In this document: positions 9,366-18,703 of the stretch, piece by piece | Layout: each line of letters opens with the position of its first letter | Numbering within the stretch: position 1 is the stretch's first letter | Source: Candidatus Dormiibacterota bacterium | GTDB lineage: Bacteria; Chloroflexota; Dormibacteria; Aeolococcales; Bog-877 | DNA length: 64,000 nucleotides | Direction: 5' to 3' | Assembly: GCA_963701235.1 (NCBI GenBank) | Contig: OY969577.1 | Coordinates: 198,841-262,840 of the forward strand | Program-made: the position numbers and the translations under genes | Notes under the pieces: generated by a model | What the model was told of the DNA's origin: nothing | The model's database searches: none | Seen by the model: only the letters and a program-made list of their open reading frames with translations

Positions 9366-10697
9366 ATGGCCACTTCAGCCCGCGCACCCGGTCAACCGCG
9401 CCCAGCGGCTCGCTCCCGCAAACGGAGACGGCGTCTACTTGCGACACGGTCGGTTCAGGCGGCACTGGTTTCGCTGGCCCAGCTGCGATCCCTGGCACCC
9501 ACCGATGAGGCAGGGCGCGGAGCCGGTCGGCTGGTGGACGTGGTTGTTCGCTGGACCGGTAGCGAACCATATCCGCTGGTCACTGGAATTGTTCTTCAGC
9601 TGGGGGATCGCCAGGTTTTTCAGCCCATAGCCAATGTTTTGCGCCTTGATGCGAGGGCGGTCGTGGTGCGCCAGTTCGAGTCTGACGCGGCCGGGTTTCA
9701 GCGTCGTGAGGGCGAGTTGCGCCTAGTGCAGGATGTTCTTGGCCGTCAGCTGGTCGACGTCGATGGGGTCAAAGTCCTGTACGCCGAAGATCTCTTCCTC
9801 GCCCCTGTGGCCAGCAGGCTGCGCTTGGTGGCAGTGGCAGGCGAAAACCGCCACTGGTGGGCCCGGCTCATACCTGGCTCCGCAGCGGATCGGCGTCGCC
9901 TAGTCGACTGGTCCGCAGTTCAAGCATTCGGCGATCCTGGGTCTGAGTTGAGGTTACAAGTCCCCAACGAAGGGCTGCAGCGGCTCCACCCGGGTGAGCT
10001 CGCTGATCTACTCGAGGAGCTGGACCAGCACGCCCGCGACGAGTTGACGACCGCACTGGATCCGGGTGCCATCGCAGACGCCCTAGAGGAGATGGAGCCG
10101 GAGCAGATTGAGGACATCCTTCGAGATGCTCCCCCGGAGCGTGCTGCTCAGCTGGTTTCCGCGATGGAGCCCGACGAGGCGGTGGACGTCCTCAGGGACA
10201 TGGAGCGGGTGGAGGCCGACGCGATCCTGGCCCACGTTGCTCCCGAGGTCGCCCGACAACTCACCGAAATCCTTGGCTACCCGGAGACCATGGCCGGGGG
10301 ATTCATGACCACCGCCTTGGCCAAAGCCAAGACCACTGCCACCGTCACCGAGGTGCGCCGCGAGCTGGCCCAGCAGAGGTCCCATAGTGCCGACATCGAC
10401 TCGGTGGCGGTGGTCGATGAGAGCGGTCGGCTGGTCGCTGACCTGCCGTTGTTCGAACTCCTGGTGGCCGATGAGAGCACACCGCTCAGCGACCTGGTCC
10501 CCGATTCGCGACCGGTGACCATCCACCCCGAGGCGTTCCTTGACGAAGTGGTAGAGCGACTGACCGAGGCCCGCGCCTCGTCGGTGGTGGTGGTTGGCAC
10601 CGACGGCAAGCCGATCGGCCGGGTCCTCGCCGACGATGTGATCGACGCCCTCAAGGAGGGTGGGCTGAGGCTCAAGCTTCCCTGGCTCTTCCACTGA
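9366..10697 (+). CDS. Soluble PRC-barrel + MgtE N-terminal domain + tandem CBS domain protein (no membrane domain)
   Basis: Acidic helical MgtE_N-like region (LEELDQHARDELTTALD...EEMEPEQIEDILRD...AVDVLRDMERVEADAILAH) followed by a CBS pair, with no hydrophobic transporter domain. Divergent from the NRAMP gene. Confidence 0.8.
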   Translation: MATSARAPGQPRPAARSRKRRRRLLATRSVQAALVSLAQLRSLAPTDEAGRGAGRLVDVVVRWTGSEPYPLVTGIVLQLGDRQVFQPIANVLRLDARAVVVRQFESDAAGFQRREGELRLVQDVLGRQLVDVDGVKVLYAEDLFLAPVASRLRLVAVAGENRHWWARLIPGSAADRRRLVDWSAVQAFGDPGSELRLQVPNEGLQRLHPGELADLLEELDQHARDELTTALDPGAIADALEEMEPEQIEDILRDAPPERAAQLVSAMEPDEAVDVLRDMERVEADAILAHVAPEVARQLTEILGYPETMAGGFMTTALAKAKTTATVTEVRRELAQQRSHSADIDSVAVVDESGRLVADLPLFELLVADESTPLSDLVPDSRPVTIHPEAFLDEVVERLTEARASSVVVVGTDGKPIGRVLADDVIDALKEGGLRLKLPWLFH

Positions 10698-10749
10698 TCG
10701 CCTTGGGGGTCACGGAGCCCGTCTGGTCGCTCGATATTCTGGTTCGGAA

Positions 10750-11463
10750 ATGGCCACCGACGAACTGACCCACTTTGAGCGTGCCCTGGTCATCGTCGCT
10801 CACCCAGACGACGCCGAGTTCGGCGCTGCCGGCACTGTGGCTCGCTGGGTGGAGCACGGTGTGGAGGTCAACTACGTGATCTGCACGGACGGCTCCTCGG
10901 GACTCGCGGATCCGAGCATAAAGCTGGCCGACCTGGTCGCTATCCGGGAGGCGGAGCAGCGCGAAGCGGCCGAGGTCCTGGGGGTGAAGCAGATTGAATT
11001 CCTGCGCCAGCCGGACGGGCAGCTCCGGCCAACGGACGAGCTTCGGCGTCAGATCGTGGCGCTAATCCGCAAGTACCGTCCGGACCGGATCATCTGCCAG
11101 AACGCCGTGCGCAATTACTCCAACCTCTACGGCAACCACCCCGACCACTTGGCCGCGGGGCAGCTGGCGATCGAGGCGGTCTATCCCTACGCTCGCAACC
11201 CCTACGCCTACCCAGACCTCCTGGCTGCGGGACTGGAGCCGTTCTCGGTGCGAGAGGTCCTCGTGTCCGGCACCGACAGCCCTGACTTCGTCGTCGACAT
11301 CACCGCCACGGTCGGCCGCAAGCTCGCCGCCCTGGCGCGGCACCGGAGCCAGCAAACCCCCGGCGAGGATTTCTCGGAGCGGGTCCTGCAACGGATGGCC
11401 GCGATGGGCGAGCCGCACGGGATGGCCTATGCGGAGTCCTTCCGGCGGCTCAAGTCAAGCTGA
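10750..11463 (+). CDS. PIG-L/LmbE-family N-acetylglucosaminyl deacetylase
   Basis: AHPDDAEFGAAGT zinc-binding motif of the LmbE (MshB/BshB-like) family. Confidence 0.8.
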   Translation: MATDELTHFERALVIVAHPDDAEFGAAGTVARWVEHGVEVNYVICTDGSSGLADPSIKLADLVAIREAEQREAAEVLGVKQIEFLRQPDGQLRPTDELRRQIVALIRKYRPDRIICQNAVRNYSNLYGNHPDHLAAGQLAIEAVYPYARNPYAYPDLLAAGLEPFSVREVLVSGTDSPDFVVDITATVGRKLAALARHRSQQTPGEDFSERVLQRMAAMGEPHGMAYAESFRRLKSS

Positions 11464-11466
11464 GAA

Positions 11467-12516
11467 ATGGAAGCCCGGCGCACTATCACCGTGCTCCACG
11501 GTGATGAGACTGGCGAAGAGCTGCTGCTGGAGGCACTGCGGATACTCGTAGCCCCGGCGTTGGCGCCCCGGATCATCCTGGAGCATGTCGATCTGAGCCT
11601 GGCCTCGAGACAGGCCACCAACAACGAGGTGGTCCATGAGGCGGCTCGAATGATGCGAGCCAGCGGCCTCGGGCTGAAGGCGGCAACCGTCACCCCGCTG
11701 GGGTTGGGGGGAGTGGGAAGCCCCAATGCCATCCTCAGGGCGGAGGTGGGGGGCGACGTGATCGTACGTACCGGCCGGCGCATCCCCGGGGTTGCTCCGG
11801 TGGGTGGGGTTCACTCCCCGATCACGGTGGTACGGATGGCGGTCGAGGACGCCTACGGAGCGTCGGAGTGGCGGGAGGGCACCGGCCCGGAAGAGGCAGC
11901 CTTCCGCACCACTCGGATCAGCCGCGAGCACTGTCGGCGGGTCGCCGAGTACGCGTTCCTGGAAGCGGAGCGGACCGGTGCCACCGTGTTTGGTGGGCCA
12001 AAGTTCACGGTCTCGCCGGTGTACGAGGGGCTACTGAAGGAGGAGATGGACGCCGCTGCCGCGCGCTACGCTGGGGTCGTCTACCAACCCCAGTTGATCG
12101 ACGCCACCTTCGCGCTCATACTCACCCGCGACGATCGCTTGGTGATCCCCGCCCTGAACCGGGACGGCGACATCCTCTCCGACTTGGTGCTCGCCCTTTT
12201 CGGGACCCTTGCCGGGAGCGAGTCGCTCTTGATCGGGTTCGATGCCTCGAGCCACCCCACCCTGTTCATGGCCGAGGCGCCCCATGGCACAGCGCCGGCA
12301 CTGCAGGGACGCCATGTGGCCAATCCCATGGCGATGATCCTGGCGGTGGCGGCACTTCTGGAACACGCGGGAGACCTCGACCTGGTCGCCTGCGGGGGGG
12401 CCATCCGGGAGGCCACGCTCCGGGCGGTCTTCGATGGAGTAAGGACCGCCGACCTGGGCGGAGAGGCCAGGACCGAGGAGTTCACCGATGCCGTCCTGGA
12501 GCGCCTGCCCCGCTGA
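11467..12516 (+). CDS. Divergent, short isocitrate/isopropylmalate dehydrogenase-family protein (resembles subfamily-II NADP-IDH)
   Basis: N-terminal LHGDETGEELL resembles the type-II IDH MxGDEMTRIIW. NRDGDILSDLVLALFG matches the metal-binding N(L)FGDILSD block. Only 349 aa. Confidence 0.65.
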   Translation: MEARRTITVLHGDETGEELLLEALRILVAPALAPRIILEHVDLSLASRQATNNEVVHEAARMMRASGLGLKAATVTPLGLGGVGSPNAILRAEVGGDVIVRTGRRIPGVAPVGGVHSPITVVRMAVEDAYGASEWREGTGPEEAAFRTTRISREHCRRVAEYAFLEAERTGATVFGGPKFTVSPVYEGLLKEEMDAAAARYAGVVYQPQLIDATFALILTRDDRLVIPALNRDGDILSDLVLALFGTLAGSESLLIGFDASSHPTLFMAEAPHGTAPALQGRHVANPMAMILAVAALLEHAGDLDLVACGGAIREATLRAVFDGVRTADLGGEARTEEFTDAVLERLPR

Positions 12517-12572
12517 TCCGCGCTGACGGACTTGCCACAGGCTGATCTCAGGCGGCCTGGGTATACTCGAGT

Positions 12573-12926
12573 TTGGAAGAGATGGATATCTTGGCATTCC
12601 TGCGGGAGAGAGCCGGGGCTTTCCGCTGCCCAATGTGCAAGCGCTCGCTGGCCGATTGCCGGCTGCGTCAGCTTGACCATGAGGGTCAGAAGTACACCGT
12701 CGAGGTGACTTGTCGGAACTGCGAGCTGACCTTCCTCGTCGCCCTTGAGCTGGCCACCAGTGATGAGGCCGAGACAGGCGACGGGGAGCAGGAGGTGGAG
12801 CTGCTTGGCAGCGCCCAGCCCGAGGCCGAGCCCATCACCAACGACGAGCTTCTCGAGGTTCACCGGGCCCTGAGCGGGCACGCCGGTCCCTTGACGGCGC
12901 TGCTCCGAGAGCGCGCCAACGACTGA
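12573..12926 (+). CDS. Zinc-ribbon hypothetical protein
   Basis: CPMC...CRNC paired Cys motifs and an acidic C-terminal half. Confidence 0.45.
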   Translation: MEEMDILAFLRERAGAFRCPMCKRSLADCRLRQLDHEGQKYTVEVTCRNCELTFLVALELATSDEAETGDGEQEVELLGSAQPEAEPITNDELLEVHRALSGHAGPLTALLRERAND

Positions 12927-12933
12927 CTCCGGG

Positions 12934-14106
12934 GTGGGGTCGGGGCCCAGGACGATCTATCTCGATCACGCCGCGAGCACCCCGATCCGGGCCGAGGTAC
13001 TGGAGGCGATGGCCCCAGCCCTGGACGGAGTCTTCGGAAACCCGTCCAGCGTCCACGTGGCGGGGCGTGCGGCACGGGCCCTGATCGACACCGCTCGGGA
13101 CCAACTGGCCTCAGTGCTGAGGTCGCGTACTCGAGAAATCGTCTTCACCGGAGGTGGGAGCGAAGCAGATAACCTCGCCCTTAGAGGCGTCGTTGGCGGT
13201 GTGGCGGACCGTGGTCGCCACCTCATCGTCTCATCGGTCGAACACGAGGCCGTCCTGGAGACGGCCCGGGAGCTGCAGCAGCAAGGCTTAGAGCTGACCG
13301 AACTGCCGGTAGACCCAACCGGCCGGGTTGCGCCTGAGCGGCTGGAGGCGGCCCTGCGGCCAGACACGGCACTGGTATCGGTGATGTGGGCCAACAACGA
13401 GGTCGGCACCATTCAACCGATACGAGAGCTGGTTGACCTGACCCACGCCAAGTCGGCGGCGGTTTTCCACAGCGATGCCACCCAGGCGCTGGGGAAGGTC
13501 GAGGTGAATGTCGCGGAGGTCGGAGTGGACCTCCTGACCATCTCGGCTCACAAGGTCTACGGGCCCAAGGGAGTGGGGGCCCTCTTCGTGCGTCACGGCA
13601 TCCAGTTGGACCCGATCATCACCGGCGGCGGGCAGGAGAGAAGCCGACGGTCGGGCACCGAGAACGTGGCTGGGATCGTGGGCTTCGGCGTCGCGGCCCA
13701 GCTGGTGGAGACAGAGCGAGCCCTCGAGATGGGGCGCCAGGCCGACCTCGCTGCCGAGTTGGCCCAAAGGATCCAAGCGAGGGTCCCCGACGCCATCCCG
13801 ACCGGGGGCTCCGGCGAGGGCCGGCTGGCCAATTTCTGCACCTTCGCCTTCCCCAACGTTGAGGGTGAACTGCTCTTGCTGCGGCTAGACCGGGCCGGAA
13901 TCTGCGCCTCGGCAGGATCGGCATGCACGAGCGGATCCCTGGCGCCATCTCACGTTCTGCTTGCAATGGGATTCCCCCCGCAGCTGGCGTCAGCCCACCT
14001 GCGACTCACTCTGGGACGGGACACCGGCCGGGCTGATATCGAGCAGGCGGCCGATGTGATCGGCCAGGAGGTAGCCGCGCTCCGCAGCCACGCTGTCGCG
14101 GTCTGA
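12934..14106 (+). CDS. iscS: Cysteine desulfurase (class I, IscS/NifS-like)
   Basis: PLP-lysine context SAHKVYGPKGVGALFVR and the class-I C-terminal SAGSACTSGS active-site Cys loop. Confidence 0.85.
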   Translation: MGSGPRTIYLDHAASTPIRAEVLEAMAPALDGVFGNPSSVHVAGRAARALIDTARDQLASVLRSRTREIVFTGGGSEADNLALRGVVGGVADRGRHLIVSSVEHEAVLETARELQQQGLELTELPVDPTGRVAPERLEAALRPDTALVSVMWANNEVGTIQPIRELVDLTHAKSAAVFHSDATQALGKVEVNVAEVGVDLLTISAHKVYGPKGVGALFVRHGIQLDPIITGGGQERSRRSGTENVAGIVGFGVAAQLVETERALEMGRQADLAAELAQRIQARVPDAIPTGGSGEGRLANFCTFAFPNVEGELLLLRLDRAGICASAGSACTSGSLAPSHVLLAMGFPPQLASAHLRLTLGRDTGRADIEQAADVIGQEVAALRSHAVAV

Positions 14107-14218
14107 CCACAAGCCCCGCTCCACGACGGCCCTAGCGGCACCAAATGCTCGTCGTCGGGGCCGCGCCGGGTAAAATGGTGGAATGCAAGTCGGATTATCC
14201 AGCCAGACTCCGGTCGCG

Positions 14219-14704
14219 ATGCGAATCTCCTCCCGGGCCCACTACGGGCTGAGGATGATGACCGAGCTGGCCAAGGCTTACGGAGGACCGCCCCTCAGCC
14301 TCACCGAGATCGCTCGGCGCGAAAGCATGCCACTTGCATACCTGGAACAGCTGGTGGCGCCGCTGCGCCGCGCCGGCGTGGTGGATGGCACTCGCGGCCT
14401 TCACGGCGGCTACCGACTGGCGAGAGAGCCCCGCGACGTGACAGTTCTTGAGATCGTCGAGCTCCTAGAGGGCCCGGTTGCGCCGGTGGAGTGCCTGGCT
14501 GAGGACTACCAGCCCGGATCCTGCTCCCGGGAGCCGGAATGCCTGAGCCGGCCGCTCTGGGCCCGCCTCCAGCAAGCCTTCAAGGAAGTACTGGGCGGCA
14601 CCACCCTGGCGGACATGATGCATGACCCGGGCATGGTGGAGCCTGAGTGTCCGGTGGCCAGCCTGCCCCCGCATCACGAGCTGAGGCAGCCTGCGGGTGT
14701 CTGA
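14219..14704 (+). CDS. Rrf2-family transcriptional regulator (IscR/SufR-like, Fe-S cluster ligating)
   Basis: MRISSRAHYGLRMMTELA winged-helix N-terminus with clustered Cys ligands (VECLAEDYQPGSCSREPEC). Sits directly upstream of sufCBD. Confidence 0.8.
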   Translation: MRISSRAHYGLRMMTELAKAYGGPPLSLTEIARRESMPLAYLEQLVAPLRRAGVVDGTRGLHGGYRLAREPRDVTVLEIVELLEGPVAPVECLAEDYQPGSCSREPECLSRPLWARLQQAFKEVLGGTTLADMMHDPGMVEPECPVASLPPHHELRQPAGV

Positions 14705-15494
14705 GCCAACACAGCGGCCGCCTCAGCTGGAGATCAGCAACCTTGAGGTCCAGGTGGAGGGCAAGCAGATCCTCTCCGGGGTGAGCCTGACCGTTCCCCA
14801 GGGCGAGGTCCATGCCCTGATGGGTCCCAACGGGGCCGGTAAGACCAGTCTGGGCTATGCCGTCATGGGCCATCCCAAGTATCTGGTCACGGCTGGGGAT
14901 ATCCGCTGGAAAGACCAGAGCCTATTGGGGATGCTGCCCGAGAACAGGGCCCGAATGGGACTCTTCCTCAGCCTCCAGTACCCCACCGCGATACCCGGAG
15001 TGACCACCGTCAACTTCCTCCGGGCCGCGCTCAAGGGCCAGGGCAAGGAGCTGCCCGCGCGAGATTTCCTGAAGCTGGTACGCGAGCAGATGGCGCTTCT
15101 GAAGATGGATCCCGCGTTTATGTCCCGCTACATCAACGACAACTTCTCGGGGGGTGAGAAGAAGCGGATGGAGATCGTCCAGCTGGCGGTGCTCCGCCCC
15201 GAGCTGGCCATCCTCGACGAGACCGACAGCGGCCTGGATGTCGACGCCCTGCGCACCGTCGCCGAGGGGGTCAATCGGGTCCGCCACGAGGGTATGGGCG
15301 TCCTCATCATCACCCATTACCAGCGGATCCTGGACTACGTCGTGCCCGACAGGGTCCACGTCATGGCCGCCGGCCGGGTGATCGCATCCGGCGGTGGCGA
15401 TCTGGTCGACCGGATCGAGAAGGATGGCTACGACCCCATGCTGCGCGAGGCCGGTCTCGAAGTCGAAGCAGCCGCCGGGGCGCCGGCGGGGTAA
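14697..15494 (+). CDS. sufC: Fe-S cluster assembly ATPase SufC
   Basis: Walker [10 protein letters not shown] and the ABC signature. Followed by sufB and sufD. Confidence 0.9.
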   Translation: MSEPTQRPPQLEISNLEVQVEGKQILSGVSLTVPQGEVHALMGPNGAGKTSLGYAVMGHPKYLVTAGDIRWKDQSLLGMLPENRARMGLFLSLQYPTAIPGVTTVNFLRAALKGQGKELPARDFLKLVREQMALLKMDPAFMSRYINDNFSGGEKKRMEIVQLAVLRPELAILDETDSGLDVDALRTVAEGVNRVRHEGMGVLIITHYQRILDYVVPDRVHVMAAGRVIASGGGDLVDRIEKDGYDPMLREAGLEVEAAAGAPAG

Positions 15495-15553
15495 AATACC
15501 CACTATCAGGTCGGAATAACTCCCCTCGGTGGGGATTTGCGAGGGAAGATCAA

Positions 15554-16954
15554 ATGGCTGTCGCCGCGAAGGACCTGACCAAGGACTACAAGTACGGCTT
15601 CAACGACGGCGACGAGTTCGTCTTCCGTTCGGAGCGCGGCCTGTCAGCCGAGGTGGTGGCCGACATCTCCCGGCGCAAGGCGGAGCCGGCCTGGATGCTG
15701 GAGTTTCGACTCAAGGCCCTGGAGCACTTCCGGCAGCGTCCCATGCCTAGCTGGGGAGCCGATCTCAGCGGCATCGACTTCGACGACATCTACTACTACG
15801 TGCGGCCCGCGGAGGAGCAGGGTCGGAGTTGGGACGAGGTGCCGGAAGGCATCAAGCGGACCTTCGATCGCTTGGGAATCCCCGAGGCCGAGCGCAAGTT
15901 CCTCGCCGGGGTCTCCGCCCAGTACGAGAGCGAAGTCGTCTATCACTCGATTCGCGAGGACCTGGAGAAGCTCGGGGTCCTTTTCTGTGACTGCGATACC
16001 GGTCTTCGCGAGCACCCCGAAATCTTTCGCAAGTATTTCGGGACCGTGATCCCCCCCAACGACAACAAGTTCGCCGCCCTCAACTCAGCCGTTTGGTCCG
16101 GGGGCTCCTTTGTCTACGTCCCCAAGGGGGTCAGGGTCGAGATTCCGCTGCAGGCCTATTTCCGGATCAACACCGAGAGCATGGGCCAGTTCGAGCGGAC
16201 CCTGATCATCGCCGAGGAGGGCAGCTTCGTCCACTACATCGAGGGTTGCACCGCCCCCACCTACAGCAAGGACTCGCTCCACAGTGCGGTGGTCGAGATC
16301 ATCGCCATGCCCAACTCGCATGTGCGCTACACCACCATTCAGAACTGGTCCAACAACGTCTACAACCTGGTCACCAAGCGCGCCATCGCCAAGGAGCACT
16401 CGGTGGTGGAGTGGATCGACGGCAACCTCGGCAGCAAGGTGACCATGAAATACCCATCCATCTATCTGATGGGTGAGGGCGCTCACGGTGAGGTCCTCTC
16501 AGTTGCCTTCGCTGGCGACGGCCAGCACCAGGACGCCGGCGCCAAGGTCATCCACGTGGCTCCCAACACCACCAGCACCATCGTCAGCAAGTCGGTTAGC
16601 AAGGGCACGGGACGGACTTCCTACCGCGGTCACTTGAAGGTTTATCCGAAGGCTCACAACGTGCGCTCCAGCGTCCGCTGCGACGCCTTGCTGCTCGATG
16701 AGCAGGCGCGCAGCGACACCTATCCCTACATGGATGTGGAGGCCGAGGATGTCCAGATCGGTCACGAGGCCACGGTGAGCAAGGTCGGGGATGAGCAGCT
16801 CTTCTACCTGCAATCCCGCGGCATCACTGAGGCGGAGGCGACGGCGATGATCGTCAACGGCTTCATCGAGCCCTTCGTCAAGGAACTGCCGATGGAATAC
16901 GCACTCGAGCTCAACCGTCTCATCTCCCTCCAGATGGAAGGCAGCGTCGGGTGA
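15554..16954 (+). CDS. sufB: Fe-S cluster assembly scaffold SufB
   Basis: Full-length SufB-like sequence of 466 aa. Sits between sufC and sufD. Confidence 0.95.
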   Translation: MAVAAKDLTKDYKYGFNDGDEFVFRSERGLSAEVVADISRRKAEPAWMLEFRLKALEHFRQRPMPSWGADLSGIDFDDIYYYVRPAEEQGRSWDEVPEGIKRTFDRLGIPEAERKFLAGVSAQYESEVVYHSIREDLEKLGVLFCDCDTGLREHPEIFRKYFGTVIPPNDNKFAALNSAVWSGGSFVYVPKGVRVEIPLQAYFRINTESMGQFERTLIIAEEGSFVHYIEGCTAPTYSKDSLHSAVVEIIAMPNSHVRYTTIQNWSNNVYNLVTKRAIAKEHSVVEWIDGNLGSKVTMKYPSIYLMGEGAHGEVLSVAFAGDGQHQDAGAKVIHVAPNTTSTIVSKSVSKGTGRTSYRGHLKVYPKAHNVRSSVRCDALLLDEQARSDTYPYMDVEAEDVQIGHEATVSKVGDEQLFYLQSRGITEAEATAMIVNGFIEPFVKELPMEYALELNRLISLQMEGSVG

Positions 16955-17003
16955 GGTCGCCGCAAAGCACGAGCGCCGGCCGCGCGGAGCAGCCGAGCAC
17001 CTC

Positions 17004-18368
17004 TTGACCGAGACCGTCGCAACTCCCGGCTTGACACGGGAGGAGGCAAGCACTGTAGCCCTAGCCGGCGGGGATCCTGGCTGGCTGGCTGCCCTCCGCG
17101 AGACTGCGCTCGCCGCCTATCGAGAGGCTCCCTGGCCATCCTCGACCAGAGACGAGGACTGGCGCCGCACCCCGCAGATCGACAAGCTTGATCCCGGCAG
17201 TTACGCAGAGCCCAATTTGGACGGCGACGATCAGTTGCCGCTCTATCTAAGGCACGCGCTCGAGGGACCGCTGGCGGCTGGCGAGGTATCGGCGGTGGTG
17301 ATCACCGACGAGCGCGGCAACCTGAACTCAGCGGCAGCTGCCCAAGCCACTCCGTCAGCAGATCTAGCACTGCCGCTGGCGGCGGGACTCGCAGCTGAGA
17401 GCGACGTGTGGCGGGCGGTCGCGGGAGTGGTAACCCCGCCCGGGCTGCGCAAGTTCGTCTCACTCAACACCATCAGAAGCCGGGGCGGAGCCTGCATTCA
17501 CGTGAAGCAAGGACAGCAGTCCGCGGGCTACGTCCGGATCCTCAACGGTGTGAGTGGTGGCGGCCTCAGCTTTCCCCGCACCCTGATTCGGCTCGAAGAG
17601 GGGACGAGTCTCACGGTCGTCGAGGAGTGGGTCTCCCCCGACGCCGATTCCTCTCTGCTGGCACCGGTGGTTGAGGTGGAACTCGCACGGGGCGCGCATC
17701 TCAATCACCTGATCTTCCAGCGCTGCGGCGATCACACGGTGGTGCAGTCCACGGTCCGGGCGCTGGTCGGTCAGGAGGCACGCTATGAGGTGCACTGGAG
17801 CATGCTCGGTGCCGCCTGGCAGAAGTCGTACTTCGAAGTCCTACTTCAGGGCGAAGCCTCTGACGCCCGTCTGACCGGGCTCAGTGTGGGTCGGATGAAG
17901 CAGCACTACGACGTGCAGACCCTGCAGGATCACATCGCCCGTGGTGCGGTCAGCGACCTTTTGTACCGAGTCGCAGTTGCCGACCGCTCGCGGTCGGTGT
18001 ACGCGGGGTTGATCCGCGTCGAGGAAGGCGCCCAAAAGACCAACGCCTATGTGCAGAACCGCAACCTGCTATTGAGTCCGGTGGCCAAGGCAGATAGCAA
18101 TCCCACCCTGGAGATTCTCGCCAACGACGTCCGTTGCACCCACGGCTCGACCGCGGGCAGGATCGACGACAACCAGCTCTTCTACTGCGAGAGCCGGGGA
18201 GTTGAAAGAGCGCAGGCGAGGCGCCTGATTGTCGAAGGATTCTTTGCCGACGTGATTGACTCCTTTCCCGAGGGCAGCCCGCGGGAGACCGTGCGCGGCT
18301 ACGTGCTTGAGGAGCTTGAGGAGCTCGCCAGAACCGGAGCGCTGGCTGGCTCCAGCCCAGCTGCCTAA
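17004..18368 (+). CDS. sufD: Fe-S cluster assembly protein SufD
   Basis: SufB/SufD-family C-terminal beta-helix region. Position after sufB. TTG start. Confidence 0.8.
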   Translation: MTETVATPGLTREEASTVALAGGDPGWLAALRETALAAYREAPWPSSTRDEDWRRTPQIDKLDPGSYAEPNLDGDDQLPLYLRHALEGPLAAGEVSAVVITDERGNLNSAAAAQATPSADLALPLAAGLAAESDVWRAVAGVVTPPGLRKFVSLNTIRSRGGACIHVKQGQQSAGYVRILNGVSGGGLSFPRTLIRLEEGTSLTVVEEWVSPDADSSLLAPVVEVELARGAHLNHLIFQRCGDHTVVQSTVRALVGQEARYEVHWSMLGAAWQKSYFEVLLQGEASDARLTGLSVGRMKQHYDVQTLQDHIARGAVSDLLYRVAVADRSRSVYAGLIRVEEGAQKTNAYVQNRNLLLSPVAKADSNPTLEILANDVRCTHGSTAGRIDDNQLFYCESRGVERAQARRLIVEGFFADVIDSFPEGSPRETVRGYVLEELEELARTGALAGSSPAA

Positions 18369-18703
18369 TGCCGGAGTGGATCCGGATCTGCGATGCCCAG
18401 GCAATACCGCCGGGCCATGCCGCCCGCGTTGAGATTGGCGATCTGCCGATAGCCGTTTTCAACGTCAGGGGTGACTTCTACGCCCTCGACGACACCTGCA
18501 GCCACGCCATGGCCTCGCTCTCCGAGGGTGAGCTCCACCCTGAGACCTGCGCCGTGGAATGTCCCCTGCACGGCAGCCAGTTCGACCTCCGCACCGGGGA
18601 ACCGATTTCACTGCCGGCGGTGGAGCCGGTGCGGGTGCACGAAGTGGCCGTGCGGGGTGGGGAGCTTTGGGTGGCGCTCAGCGAGGAAGAGGCATGGGGG
18701 TGA
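18368..18703 (+). CDS. Rieske [2Fe-2S] ferredoxin-type protein
   Basis: CSH...17 aa...CPLH Rieske ligand boxes. One-base overlap with the sufD stop. Confidence 0.8.
   Translation: MPEWIRICDAQAIPPGHAARVEIGDLPIAVFNVRGDFYALDDTCSHAMASLSEGELHPETCAVECPLHGSQFDLRTGEPISLPAVEPVRVHEVAVRGGELWVALSEEEAWG

Noticed and set aside
14107-14218. IscR type-1 operator upstream of the Rrf2 gene
   Set aside because: An AGTC-N14-GACT inverted repeat is present near the start codon, but spacing and flanks do not match the 25-bp IscR type-1 consensus.
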